A stretch of 64,000 bases of DNA, taken from positions 3,287,374 through 3,351,373 of the forward strand of contig MU054220.1 of NCBI GenBank assembly GCA_013239625.1, read 5' to 3'. This DNA is from Lama guanicoe. Lineage: Eukaryota. A model generated the notes under the pieces. The model saw only the letters and a program-made list of their open reading frames with translations, was not told the origin of the DNA and searched no databases. Positions 26,075 to 40,107 of the stretch are shown here, in pieces (positions within the stretch are counted from its first letter, which is position 1; each line of letters begins with the position of its first letter). A program made the translations under genes and the position numbers.

Positions 26075-28746
26075 GAGACAACTCCAGCAGTCAGTAAAGT
26101 GGGAGAAGTGGCGACCTTGGCCCCACTGGCCCTCTCTGGGCCTCATCCTAGATACAGAAGGTAAAGGGGCATCTTCTATTTTGGAGTGTCAGGAAAGGTT
26201 GTCATGGCTACCTGCCTGTTCTGAATCCCATCCAGCCCAAGTCCCGCCCCTTTCCTTGATGGGCAGCTACAGAGCTGAGCAGCAGCTCCTTCCCATCCTC
26301 TTCTGCTCTGAAGTGCAAAGGCATTCAGAGCCCCCTGGAAGGCAACACCCCCACTGCCAATCCCAGGGGAGCCCTCCATTTCCCAAGAGACCTGTCTTCC
26401 TCTGGGACTTGCTGTGGGCCCTGGAGGGAGCCATCATCTCATTTTGGAGGCCTGTAGGGCCCATTAGTGCCACAGTGAGCAGAGAGATGGCACCTCAGGG
26501 GAGCTGAGGCTGTGGGGAGGTTGCCGTGGGGGCTGACGTGGAGGGAGGTGGAAACATCCTTGGGATGCACGTCCTGCAGGCCCAGGCTGGGTAATGGGGG
26601 TGGGGAGACAAGAGGGAACAGACAGGTCGGTCGAGGGAAGAGGGAACAATGGCCCTTCTGCCTGACCAAGTACCCCTGCCTCTGCCTCGGGCTTCTGGGC
26701 TTTTGCGGGCTCCCCACAGCCCCTCTGGAAGGAGGGAAAGGGGAACTAATGAGCCTAGATGCCCGCTCTGTGCTGGTCACTGTGCCCTGCTTTACGGACG
26801 CAACCTCATACCACGTCACGGTGACTCTCTGAGGTCAGGGGAGTGCTGTTTGAGCCCCATTTTACAAACAGGAAACTGCGTTTCAGAGAGATTAAGTGAT
26901 TTGCTTAAGATCACGGAGCAAGGAAGTGGCAGCACCAGAATTCAAACCCCGGCCTACCTGACACACGTGGCCTCCACGGACCATAGAATCCCCACTCCAA
27001 ACCTGCCCTTCAGAAGCCTGCCTGCCTGTCGTTGGATCGTGTCTGTGGGCCAGGCACTGTTCTGGGCTCTGCAGGCACCGCACCTCCTTAGACCCCCAGG
27101 AATGCTCTACTTTATGGAAGAGGAGAGGGAATCAGAGCCTAGTGTCACACAGCCCCTCATCGGAATTTAACCTGATTCGTCCATCCCCCAAAACAATGAT
27201 CTTAGTTCAATTCAGCAAAAACTAATTAAGCGCCCAGCCTTGACTTAGTAGGTTTATGGCAGTAAACAAAATTAAGACACCCCCCACCTCCCAACCACTG
27301 ACCTGTGGAGCTTACTTTCTAGTCGGGGAAACAGACCAACACGATAGACAAAAGGTAGATCACCCAGTGTAGTAGAAGGTGGTAGGTGCTGGGGGAAAAG
27401 TCAAGCAGAGTAAAGGGGAGGGGGTGGTGAGCCCGGAGGGGGAAGGAGGCGGACGGTATTAAATAGGGCAGACAGAGGAGACCCAGGGAGAAGGTGACAT
27501 TCTAGCAATGACTTAAAAGAGCTGAGGGAGTGAGCCAGGTGGACAGCAGTACCTGGCACTTAAGAGATGCTTAGTAAATAGTTGCTGAAAGAAGGAATCA
27601 ATTCTAGGATCCACCCGGTCGGTCGCTGGTAGTTGCAAGCTCTTCCTAAATATTAACAGTTACTACGTGTTAGCATCTCTATGCGCTGTGCTCCACTTGG
27701 CGTTTTGCAGACTTCATTTACTGCCTGTGTGGACACGGCATTCTGTGCTCAATTGTGGCCTTAAAGACGAAAGGCACGCAGGCACAGAGGGGATGCCTGG
27801 TGCATGATCACGTTAGCTTCTCCCCCAGGATGGCTCAATTCTGCTCTCTCTGCGACTCCCGACCTTTCTACCAACCACAGAAATGCGTGCTGGGCAGAGA
27901 CCTGTGGGAAGGCGGGACTATCTGAAGGTGGCAGGGTGGGGGCTGTGGCTTTGTGGACGGCAGTTAAGCAAGGGGCTGGGCCCCTGGCTCTATGAGGGAC
28001 CCAGGTTCCTCTCAAGGATGTTCAGGGCAGTTCATCACAGCCTCGCTCACTGCTGAGAGACCAGCTGAGATGGTTTTTCTGAGGTTAATGCCCAGAGAGA
28101 TTCGGGCAGGGGCGTGGGGGTTGGAACATTATCTGCAGACTTGGCTTGCAGGGGAAATCCTGACAGGGCTGCAAAAGTAAACTGTGCTTTCCTATAATTA
28201 GATACATATTTATTTTAAAAGGTTATAATTTCCTACTGGTTTGCTGCTTGATAAATACAGAGTTTATTATTATTATTTTTTCCTTAACTGCAGTTCAGGG
28301 AAAACAAATCCAGGTTTAGACTTGAATAGGGATGTATGTCATCATGATCTCAGGCGGCAGTTTTCCTCCAAACCCCAGCAAACCCAAGAGCAAGATGAGA
28401 TGGAGCTGGAGTGAGTCTGGGGTAAACAAGATGTGGGGGAGGGGCTGGCAGGCAGAAGGGTGAGAGCGAGGACTGGTTATAACTGGAGTGACATCATTAC
28501 TGCCCTGTAATGCCCTCCTCCATGCTTTACTCCTGCCTGGAGGAGTCACCCTCTGCCCGGAATGCCTTTCTTTCTCCATAGCTGCTGTCTAAATCCTACT
28601 TATCAATAAATGAATAAAAGGCCTCCTCCTCCAGGAAGCTATCCGGGATTCTCCTGCTTGGTGAGTGTTCCCTGTAGCCTGATTTCCCTCAGCCCATCGT
28701 TGACTCATCTAAGGCAGTAGCCATGATACGCTGTGGTTACTTGGTG

Positions 28747-29184
28747 TTGTGGGTTGAATTCTGTCCCATTCCCAGAAGATATGGTTCTTGTGAATGCAAC
28801 CTTATTTGGAAGTCGAGTCTTTGCAGATGTAATTAGTTAAGAAGAGGTAATCAGTTAAGGTGAGACCTAGTCCGATACGACTGGTGTCTTTATAAGAAAA
28901 AGATGAACAATACAGAGACAGATGCCCAGAGAATGCCAGGTGACAACAGAGGCAGAGATTGCACTGATACAGCTGCAAACCATGGAATGTCAAGGGTTAA
29001 TGGCCCACCGGAAGCTGGGAAGAGGCAGGGGAGGATTCTACAAAGAGTCTCAGAGAAAGCATGGCCTTGCTGACATCTTGATTTTAGATTTGCAGCCTCA
29101 AGAACACTGAGAGAATAAATTTATGTTGTTTTCATCCATTCAGTCCATGTTAGTTTCCTACAGCTGTCCTAGGGAGCTAATACA
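28747..29184 (+). mobile_element. MLT1-family MaLR solo LTR
   Basis: Starts 'tgttgtgggttgaattctgtccc', contains 'ccttatttggaagtcgagtctttgcagatgtaattagttaag', ends 'cctagggagctaatacac'. Confidence 0.85.
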
Positions 29185-31589
29185 CTGGGGTGCAGGCCTT
29201 GGCCTCCTCCTGGAAAGTTCCCCGCTGTAACACAATGTGGCACGGGATCGGTGCTCAGTTAACATTGAGAGAGGAGTAAACGGCTGGATGGATGTCTCCC
29301 TGGAGAGGAGGCTCCACATCCGGCTGGTCTTTGTGTCCCCAGACTGCCTCGCATGGACCCAGGTACTGTACTAGTTTGTGTCCCTGTGGCCCCGAGGCTG
29401 GTCACCACAGTGGATGCCCAACTGGCCTACCTCCACCCTTGTCTTCCAGCCACTTCCTCAAATTTTGCCGAACTCCTAGGTAATTCCAAACTGATTGGAC
29501 TTTTCAGTCGCTGGACCATTGCCCACTCCATGTTCTCGGCCTAGAGTGCCCCCACCTTGTCCATCAGGCAAACCCCGACTCGTCCCTTGAGCTCCCCTGC
29601 GCTCTCTGGCCGTGGTGTCTGTAGGACAGTTGCTATCAACCTGGATGACAATGATTTGTCTCCTTGTCTGTCCACCCTGCTGACCTGTTAGTGTCTTGAG
29701 ATGAAAATATCTTTTATTTCTCACCTCTGTGTCCCTATGCCTTCCAATAAAGGAGGCGCTGGTGGATGCCTGAGGGGTGAATGAGGGTGTGAATCTGGGC
29801 TGAGTGGTGAGGAGGAACAGTCCTCTTTTCCCTTAGGGAGCCTGTTAGATGATTTTCACATCTGCCTCACTCCCTTCCAGGGCTCAGGGTCCCAAAGGAC
29901 CGCGAGGCTTGTGGGGAGATCTGACGGGCAGAACTGGAAGGGGCCTTCGTGTGACCTTCTGGTCTACCTTTCTAAGGTCTGTGATGAGGGACCCAAGATC
30001 AGAAGAAAGGAAACGGCTTGTCCTTTCACACTGGGGCAGGTGTCCAAAGCCCCACAATTTTGGTTGGAGCCTCTGGTCACTTTACTTGATAGGACTCTGC
30101 AGCATTAGGGGCTAGAATTGGGGGACTTGATGGGGAAAGATGGAAGGAGAAGAAAACTTAGAACCTAGAGAGAACTTAGACTTACGGTGCACCTACTTTG
30201 TGCCAGGCCCTGGGTGAGCTGCTTTGAGACTTTATCTGGAATTCTCAGCACAGCCCTAGGAGGCAGGTACTATTTATGGATGAATGAACTGAGGCTCAGT
30301 TGCCCCAAGGCCCACAGCTGGTGGAGCTGGGATTTGAACCTAAGCCCACCTGGCCCCAAGGCTCTGAGCTTTCTGCTACATTACAGTGGACCCTCCATAA
30401 AGGGCTCTGGACTCTAGGTCAGGTCATGGCCTCAGGGGTGGCCAATCCGAAAGGGCAGCAAACTCTGTATTCCCAGATTCCTGGAGAACATTCTGCAGTT
30501 TGTGTTTTTCAAAATGGAAGCAAAAGCTCTGGGGTTCTCAGGCCCTTGAAGAAGCTCTTCTTCCCACGGGAGCAATTAAGTCAAGAGGGGGGAGGAGTAG
30601 GATTGAGGCTGGGGGCTCAGACTTAAAGGATTTTATCCACAGCCTGATGGGGCTAATATAAGAGGCTACCGCAAAGGTCACATTAATGGAGGTGGAGTGT
30701 CCAGGGGGAGGGAGGTGATTATTCTGCTGGGCATTGCAGGAGCCAAACAGTAGTCTGAGCAGGGCCCACTCCTGGGATCTCACACTGAGAGAGACATCGC
30801 CTGGTGAGGGGGTTGGGGATTTTTCACCCAGAAAAGACACAGCAGGAAATGAGAACTGTCATCAATACCTCAAGGGCTCTCCAGTGGATGAGTAATTAGA
30901 CAGATTCCTTCTGGTTCTAAGAGCCGGAGCAAGGACCAGCAGCTGGAAGGTATGGGAAGCCAGACTTCATGTCTCTCCTCTTAAAACACAAGGGGCTCCC
31001 TTGGTGGGAATAATACCTCTATCACAGGAGTCATTCAAGAGAGATGGTAAAAAGTTGAGTCAGCATGAAATTATGGGTTGGACCAGGTGCCTCACTGCAG
31101 ATGATGAGAATGTCTGGCCTCGGGAAATGCTCCTAACTCGACTCTCATTATGAAATTTTCTATGGCAATACATTAAGTACTTGCTAAAAAGCCAGAGGCC
31201 CTGGTCTTTTGAATCAGGCATTTCCCTTGAGCGTGGGGTCTGGGAAACTGCCTTTTAAGGTGATTCTGATATGCAACTGGGCACTGTCTATGAGGTCAAG
31301 GGGGCAGCAACCTCCTTCAACCCCTTCTCCCAATTCTCCTTAGAGAGATGCTCAGTGCCTCCCACTCCACCCCTCAGCCCCTCAGGCCTTCAGTCCCAGG
31401 CCTGATCTACTGCAGGCCACGAGGCCCTGACTGGCTGAGGCAGAGTCTACACCTGGTGGTTGGTCCCTTTCCATCATGATGTTCTGGAAAAGCAGGAACA
31501 AAGTGCTGACGTGACCTGGTCTGGAACACAGGGTCAGGAGAAGCATCCCTGAGGCCTGGACTATTTCTCTGGCATTTGCCAGTAACACG

Positions 31590-32094
31590 GGGTGGTGGCT
31601 AATTGTTGTGTCAACTTGACTGGGCCATGGTGCCCAGATATAAGGTGCAGCATCATTCTGGATGTTTCTGTGAAGATATTTGCAGATGACATTAACATTT
31701 AAGTCAGTGGACTTTGGCCAGATGGCCCTCCATCACGTGCATGGGCCTCATCCAGTCAGGTGAAGGCCTGACTAGAAAAAAAGACTGACCTCCCCCAAGC
31801 AGGAGGAAATTCTGTAGCCTTCAAACTTGAACCATGGCATTGACTCTTTTCTGTGTCTCTGGCCTATTTACTCACCCTGTAGATTTTGGACTTGCCAGCA
31901 TTCACAATTGTGTAAGCCAATTCCTTTAAATAAATCTTTTATACACTCACACCTCAACCACTATACCTGGCAGTGTAATATATGTATATACACACACACA
32001 TTATTATACACACACACACACACACACACATTATTATATACACATACACACATCCTATAGGCTCTGTTTCTCTGGAGAATCATGACTGAAACAC
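31590..32094 (+). mobile_element. MLT2 (ERVL) solo LTR with internal (CA)n/(TA)n microsatellite
   Basis: 'gtgtcaacttgactgggccatggtgcccagata' start and 'ctctgtttctctggagaatcatgactgaaaca' end; (CA)n at ~31985-32055. Confidence 0.85.
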
Positions 32095-33589
32095 AGCGAG
32101 ACAGACCAAGGAGATCAGTAGAGGAGTCCCGCAGAGCCGAGCTCCCTGGGCACCAGGAACTGCCAGGCAGAGAGGCGGCACAGAGAATACAAAAGCTCAT
32201 TCTGCCAAAGCCATTTCCCTCTGCTCTGAAGTCGGCTTCAGAAACGTAGAGCGCGGGCAGGTGGGGAGATGTACATGAAGTTCCTCAGAACATTCTTAGG
32301 AAATGCAGGATGAAGCCAAGCCAGAAAGCCAGTAATTGGGGAGCCAGTGGAGGGGCTGGGCCAGCTGGTTGAGAGCACATGCCTTAACCTGTCCGGACAC
32401 AGGAGGGGATGCAGAAAGTCAGGGCTGGAGAGAGGGAGCCTCCAGAAAACTTGGAAAAACTAGAGACAGAGACCTGCAGAGGCCAGCTCCCAAATCACCT
32501 GGAGAATCCAAGTGAGGAAAGTTCACAGAGAATGTTCCCAAGCCCTTGAGATCCCAAATTCTCAAACCAGAGAGACCTACGGGGTCATCCAATCCAGCCC
32601 TCTGCCTTCAGACTGCAGAGCTGGCAGCCCAGACAAGAGGATCCATGTATTGGGAGTATTTGCAAAGAACATCAGGGAGGAAGAGAGGGAAAGAGAGAGG
32701 AAGGAGGGGCATCTTGATGATATGGCGACCACGACCTTAGCAGGTTTTGAGCACCTGCTGGGCACCAGGCACTGACCTCAGAGCTCTCTGTGCACTGTCT
32801 CTTTGCACTGTGAATATGGACACTAACGATATGCAGCAGGTACTGCATAGTCCTGTGCCCACTTTACAGATGAGGAGACTAAGGCACTGGTGAAGCAACA
32901 TCCAGGTAGAGAGTGATGGGCCTGAAATTCACACCCAGATCAGTCGGATTCCAAAGCCATGTTCTTAACCAACAAAGAAGAAGAAAAGTGTGTGGAAGGG
33001 AAAAGAAATAATGTAATCCAGCCATTTTATGAATAAGGAAGCAGGCCCAGGAAGGACAAAGAACTTTCCTGGGGTCTTGAAGCTGGCAGTGAGAGCTTGA
33101 CGTGAAGGTGGTCAGTGGGGAGACTAGGCGCAGGGTCCACTACTGAAGGCTGCAGAGCTGGACCAGGGGTCAACTGGGAAAAGACGCAAGAGGGAGGGCC
33201 CCAGGAATGGATGGTCCCCCAACCCCAGCAAGTGTGTTCTCAAGCTCTGGGGAAGGGCTCCTGCCAAATCTCTCTCCTGACAACCCTGGAATTCCACCTT
33301 TCATGTCCCTCTTCTCCCAGGTTTCTCCTAAATGTACAAACACCCCAGGGAGGCATGCACACTGCAGTCCAGCTCGGACACCTTCAGCAAGGGTGCACCT
33401 ACGTGGTGACTTTTTACAAATGTCTCTGGCACCTGGAAGTGAAAAAAAATTAGCCCAACTTCAGGCTACCCCTTGAACATAGGTTTAGGTAGTAAGTCTG
33501 AGGATAATCCACAGAGAGAGCAGTCTGGGGAGAAGGGGAAAGAGGAGGAAGGGGCTGCTACAAATGCTTGGAGGTACCCCCAGGCTTCT

Positions 33590-34060
33590 CTGACTAGCAT
33601 TTCCTAAACTAAACATCATCTTTCCTCCCAGACTTCATCCTCCTCCTTGGCTGATGGCGCTGTGATTCTGGGAGTCATCCCCGACTAGCTCTCTCTCTCC
33701 CCCATCCTGTCAGCAAATGTGTCCTGCCAATTCTCCCACGTCGACAGATCCTGAATCCTTCTGCTTCTCATCCCTCCACTGCTGCCAGTTAGTCCAAGTC
33801 ATCACTTCGCACCTGGACTAATGCTACCGCCTCCTACCTGATCTCCCTGATCTCGCCTTGCAACCATCCATTTTCACTCTGCAGCCTAAGTCATCTTTTC
33901 AAAACACAGATCTGGTCCGGTCCTTGCCTCCTAAAACCCTTTCCATGATGCTTCACTGTCTGCGGGATAAAGCCCAGACTGCTATGCAGGGCTCATTAGG
34001 CCCTCCGGGATCTGACAGCTACCAGCCTGCCCAGCCCCACCTCCTGCCCCTGCCCAGGGC
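33590..34060 (+). mobile_element. L2 fragment
   Basis: 'ctgggagtcatccccgact', 'cacctggactaatgctaccgcctcct', 'tcttttcaaaacacagatctg'. Confidence 0.7.
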
Positions 34061-36760
34061 ACCCTCCACTCCAGCCACCTGTGCTCCCTGGGGTTCCCTC
34101 CCTGAGGACCGCCCTCCAGCATCTCCCTGCGTTTGCCCCTGCTGTTCCACCACACTAAAATCTCTCCTTCTTCCCCATCCCCTGGCTCTTTCGTGGAGCC
34201 CATCCCCTAAGAGATAAGCCAGGCATCATCGCCTCCGGGAAGTCTTCCTGGATGTCCCCCGCCCTCAGCCCCAGCCCAGGGAGATAGCCTGGCCTCTCGG
34301 CATTCAAGGCAGTCTGTGTTTTAATTATGTGTTGACTTGTCTGTCTCTGCTAGACTGTGAGCATGCGAGCTTTTTAAGTAATACAGGGATTGTATCTTTC
34401 TCATCACCAATGACTAGCTCTGCCACGTAATTAGAGCTCAACAAGCATCTCCAGGATGAAGGCAGGTGTGTAAGCACCCGTGATGCCAGGTAGAAGGTGA
34501 TAAGAGATGCGGTTATAATGAGAGGTACCAAGGAGACAGAGGATTGATTCTAAGTCTTTCTGGAAGCAATGGCATTGGCGAGGGGCCCCAAAGCATGGGG
34601 AGGGTTTCCACAAACAGAGATGGGAAAACAAGAGGCAGCTGGGGGCTCTGCCGAACGTTTGTATAAACACACTGTAGATGCTGGCACTGCGGGCCTAGAA
34701 GCAGGTCTGAGACCCGACCTTAGCATCCAGTCCACTTTGACCTCTGACCTTGCCCTTCCGACCATGACACTAGCAGACCTGGATCCCCAGGGCAGACTGC
34801 TTTTCCTTTGTACCACTGGAAGAAGCAATACATTTGGACCTTTAAATGGCCTGGCCAAATTCTTCATTGTACTGATTTGTCTTTATTCACCAGGCAGCTT
34901 GGTCTCACTCAGCCACTCTTCTGTTTCCTTGTTTTATCCTCTGTGGGTCCAAGGCCTGCAAGTAGCTGGAAGGGAACCAGAGCCTCAGGGGAGTCGGGGC
35001 TTAGGATGACCCAGTGGCTGAGTGTTTCCTGCTGCTTCCTGAGGCCCTCTGTTCTTCGGGGCTCTGCGGATCCTGCTGAGAAGACAAGCTTCTGCGCTAA
35101 GAAGTGTATTTGAATGTGCTGACAAGGTCTCTATATTAACCAGGACTTGAATGAGTGTCACCAGAAACCCACAGACAAGAAGATGTATTTTCTCCCAAAT
35201 TGGTTGTTCGTATTCAGGAAGCTGGCCGTGCGTTGGGGGCTTAGCACGCATGCGTGCAATTAGAAGCCAGGCAATCGTGCCCCTTGGCTGACTGGCACTG
35301 GGAGCTTAGCTGAGTGCAGAGGCTCACCTGGTGCCCAGGAGCACAGGATCAAGAGATTTGCTTTGCTGGCAATTCAGCTGCGCTTTTGATTATGGAACGA
35401 AAAATTTAAAAAGCAAAACCAACATCAAAACAGAGGAGAAAAACGATTCAAGGTGAAATAGTCAAGTTGTGTGGACTTTCAGTGTCTGAGAAACCACAGT
35501 ACACTGTTTCTGGAACCCCCTCTTGGGAGCAAGAAGCAGGTGGCTGAGGACAGTAGGGAAAAGAGGGGGTGGGCTGGACCTTTCTGGAGCACCTACATGC
35601 TAAGCACTGGGAGTTGCCTAAATTGCGGGGCCAAAGGGCAGAGTGGTTAAGAGTAGGATGTCAGCGCCAGTCAACCTGGGTGCAGAATCTGGCACTGTCC
35701 TCTCCAACTGTGTCTCCTTGGGCACTGCTTAACCACCCTGAGCTTTTTTTCTCAGCAGTGCAATAGAAGTAGTTACGATGATTAAATAAGCAAATACATA
35801 TAGTTTAGAACCCAACCGGGCCCACACTCCATGTTCACTAAGTATTGCCTATAATTATTGCATTAACTTTATTAATCTTCACAATAACCTATGAAGTATG
35901 TACTTTTTTCTCCTTGGCTCTCAAACAAGGAAACAGGCTCAGAGAGAGCAATTTCCTGTCCAGGTCACACAGCTGGTAAAAGGCAGGGATGGAATCAACT
36001 CCACGTTGGACAATCTCCTTAACACCTGATGCCTGTGGTAGGAGCCTACTCCACCACTGACGTTTGGTGTCAGGGCTTGTCCTGGCTCCAGAGATCTCAG
36101 TCCTATAATGGAGGCACCATTCATTCCCAGTACATGATCCCCACATGATGGGGTCCCTGGAGCAGAGCAGGCCTCCCTTGGGGAACCCCTCATTCTATTC
36201 TCCTCACAGATGTAGAAATCATGGACCAGAAGGGATCAAGACAGCATCCTGTGGACCTTCCTTCTCACCTGGGATGACAGAGCAGTGGGCTGGGAGTCAG
36301 CAGATACAGGTTCCAGCCCCAGCTCTGCCACTAACCCAATGAGTGACATTGGGTTAGTCACTTTCCCCATCTCTAAAGTGAAGGAGTTGGGTTCAACCAT
36401 CCTGAGCTCTCTGAGGCTCTATGTTTACAGTTCTGAGGATCAGTGTCACATCTCACACATTAAGATGAGAAAGTAAGTGTTTCAGCCAGTTGATCGCAAT
36501 GAGAAGTGATAAGTCATCCATTAAGTGCCCATTGGAAGCACATCCTTTTCGCACATACCATAAACTCAATGGGCTTTGAGAAGGGTTGGGAGAGCCCGGA
36601 CAGAATCACTGTTTACGCTGCACAGCGCAGACTTGATGCTTCACTCACCAGAGCTCATTGCATCCCCAACCCCGCCCCACAGCACCCTAGTGACACAGGG
36701 ACTGTTGGTGAGGCCATTTCACAAAGGAGACAACTGAGACTCAGAGAGGTTAGGTTGAAC

Positions 36761-37253
36761 TGTTACCAACCAGGGTTCCTGGTCTCCTTAATCAATAGAA
36801 ATTGATAAGAGGCCAGATGAGAAATTCAGGGATGGCTTTACTGGGACTCGGGCTACAGCACAAACGAGGGAAAACAAGTAACAGGGTCCTTTTCTCTCTC
36901 CCTAAGGTGGGGCGAGCTGGTCCCTTAAATGAGGTGAGGGTAGGGGCGGGTCCAGGGGTAGGGCTGGAAGGGCGGCTTAGGTGGTCTGCCCACCCCCTTG
37001 GAGGTGCTGTGTGCAGGGATGATGCACAGTATCTTGCTTCTGCTCCCGGCACCCTACTTTTGCTCCCGGCACCTCAGAAGTGGCAGTTGGGTTTTTGAGT
37101 TTTTTGTATCTTACTGCTCATAACTTGCCCTAACTGCGCATGCACATAGTTAATTTTAGTACTGTATAGTTTCTTTGTATCCTATTGTTCCGTCTGGGTC
37201 CCAGTATAAGTACTCAGCTCAGGGTCCCAGGTCTCTGGTCCCAACCTGTCTCA
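36761..37253 (-). mobile_element. ERV1-class solo LTR inserted into a MIR
   Basis: TG...CA termini with 4-bp TSD GAAC (36757-36760, 37254-37257); minus strand has a TATA-like CATTTAAGG and an AGTAAA polyA-like signal; MIR sequence on both sides. Confidence 0.85.
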
Positions 37254-39934
37254 GAACCAGTATCCTTTGAATCCTTTGAATTTGATCACCTTTGAATCCT
37301 TAGATTTCTGACTCCAATTCTATGCTCCTTAGAAGTTTCCACACAAACAAAAATTTCCAAGCAAACAAATGACCTCCATTATTTGTTCTTTTTAAAGCAT
37401 CGTGCTATTCTTCCACAATCTCTCTTCCACCTGCAAAGCAGGAACCGAGCTCCAGTTCATATTTAATAGCTCCAAACCCTGTCTGCCCTGGAACCAAACA
37501 GTCTGATCAGGGCCCAGAAAGCTTGAGCCTGAATGTCTAGCACATGGCTGGCCGGTGTCTTCCGAAGCTAGCCAAGTTGGAGCTTGCCTGGGGGCGGAGT
37601 GATCATTTCCCTGGCGGGGCAGAACCCACTCTCCATGTGTTTCCCATCTTCCATAGCTCTCCTGTCCTAGCCGGGTTCCTTCTTTTCAGATCTTTACCAG
37701 ATATCCGGCACCAGCCCCATCTTGTGTATCTGGCCTGGTCCTCTGTGCAGCGGGTGGAGCCACAGCTCCTTCCTGCCCCACCTTAGGAAGCAGAGAACCC
37801 ACTGTCTTCCAGGCAGAGGTGGGGGCTCTGGAGTCAGGGGTGCCTGGGCCCTCTGCCTTTTATTAGTCATGTGATCCTGGCAAATCACCTCATTTCTCTG
37901 AGCCTCAGCCTTTATATTTGAAAAACTGGGAGGCTATTTCCTCTAAGAGCTATATACAGGTTAATGTGCACAGTGCTTTAGATCTGGCTTTGGTGGAAGC
38001 ACCAGAGGATCTTCTGGGAGGTAAGGAGGGACGGGATGGGGAGGTGAGGGGCAGGTCCCTCGGTGCCCCAGCCGTCCCACCAGAGCAGTTCCCCTGGTAT
38101 CTGGTTTAGGTGGCGGGTTTGGCTTGTGATTTGGCATGGAGGAAAGGGTGATGCAGCTGAAAGGAAGTATAAAACTCACGGCTATTGTGTTATTGTGTGG
38201 GAGCACTGGGCACCCAGCAGGCATTTCATTAATGTTAGCACTTTCCCCGTGCCTTTGGTCTGCCTCCATCAATCTCTTCCCCTGGATTCGTTATTCAGTG
38301 GCTCAACTAAAAAGCGAAACCAAATGAATGGAGAGAAGGTAGTAGTGGGAAGAAAAGTGCTTTAAAAATATCAGGTGAATCCCTCACAAGGTATCATGTC
38401 ACAGACCCCATGGCAGCTCCACACCGAGGGCCCCCTGCCTGCAATAAGCACCAGAAAACACAGGCACAGACCCCTGGTCCACCCACACGCCATTCACAAC
38501 AGGCGTTCCTCCTCCTCTCCTGAAGGGAGGGCCCACAGGGAAACAGCTTTGAAGATGTGGGAAGGGGCTCAGGAGGTGGGAAGGCCCGAGGGGCCTGGCC
38601 TGGCTGCTTCCTGCAAACGAGCAGGGGCTGCTGGACTGTGAGGGTCCCACGAAAGAACAGAATTTGCCCCAGTTGCCACAGATACTCTGAAAACAAGAGA
38701 CCGACTCCAGAGAGCAGCTCCGCAATTGGAGCCACAGCGCCACCTCCAGGCTTCCATCCACATTGCACTTCCCCTGCCAAACAGCTGCTGGGCTGCACAG
38801 ACCATGCTGGGGGCTCAAATCAAATCCGCTAATCCTGCAAGATGTTGTGCTGCTGATGTGCTGAGATAGACCAGCTTGGAGTGGAGAGGAAGGTCGTTGC
38901 TAATAAGTGCATTGCAGCCAGGATGTTGGGGCGGTGCTCCAGGCAGAAACTGGCAGAGCTGGAAGCCTGAATCTTTCATCTTAGAGATGGGGAAACTGAG
39001 GCTCAGAGCCCTGCCCACAGTTACATAGTGAGTTGTAGGCAGAGCTAGGACCTGAACACAGGCTCTTAAGATTCCTGTTCCTCTCGTCTTGGACAGTTGT
39101 TTACATGTTAATTCCACAATAACTTTACTGTGTAAGACACAGCCACCATGAGCCTGCCATACACACTGAGTGGTTCCTTTTCACTCCAAAGGACCAGAAG
39201 CAGGCTGAGGTTGCAGCTTCAGATGAGCATCAGAACGTGGGCTCCAAAAAGCCCAAGGAGAGATATTTGCTCTCATAGTGGACGCGAAGGGATTTCATTC
39301 ACAGGACCCACCTACCTTCCTACGCAGCCTCACACTCATTCTCTCCATCTGGCAAACTCCTACTCCCATGGCTACTCACCAATTGCCATCCTGTGAGGCC
39401 TTCTCTGACCCTTTCTCCATGTGGAATCCATCATTTCTGCCTTGTGCCATCCCTGTACCTACTGGAGAATTACTCATTGGGTGGATCCCCACGTAGCAGG
39501 ATGATTTGCATTTCTATTTATCTAGATGGGAAATTCTGGCCAGGAACCAGATTTTATTCTTCCCTGTGTCTCCAAAGCCCAGCAAGAGCCAGGCAAAGAG
39601 CAGGTAGGTACTAAGAAAATGATGGATGATGGATAGATGCGTGGATGGATGGGTGGATCGGTGGATGGATTGGAAACGGGGTAAGTCTAGGGGATGGGGT
39701 ATCACTCTTTAGATCTTAGAACAGTGATATCGTCTGTTCTAAGAAGACATACATCTAAGAACATCTGTTTCTAAGCCAATGTTAAAAAAGCATTAACTGC
39801 TGCTGTGCATGTGAAGAGGAGTGGGGCGCTGACATCACCTATAAGCCCCTCCTCCTGACCACCTCATTCCCCTGGTTGCCCAGGGAACCTGCTGAAATTC
39901 CGACAGTGATTATGGAGGTGTTTTACCAGATGGT

Positions 39935-40107
39935 ACTGCGATGCCTGTACAAGAATCACCTGAAGAGTTCCTTAAAATGCAGTTTCCTGGGCTCTGCCTT
40001 CAGGGTTTCTGACTCAGTGAGTCTGGGGCAGGGCCTGGCAATCTGAGTTTTTTCATTAACCCCACTCAGGTGATTTCCAATGCATAGGTAACTTTGGCAG
40101 CCACTCA
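39935..40107. mobile_element. MER5A-like hAT transposon
   Basis: 'agaatcacctgaagagttccttaaaatgcag...tctgactcagtgagtctggggcagggcctggcaatctg'. Confidence 0.75.

Noticed and set aside
25923..26507. 194-aa plus-strand ORF
   Set aside because: Starts inside the SINE; low-complexity product with no recognisable motif.
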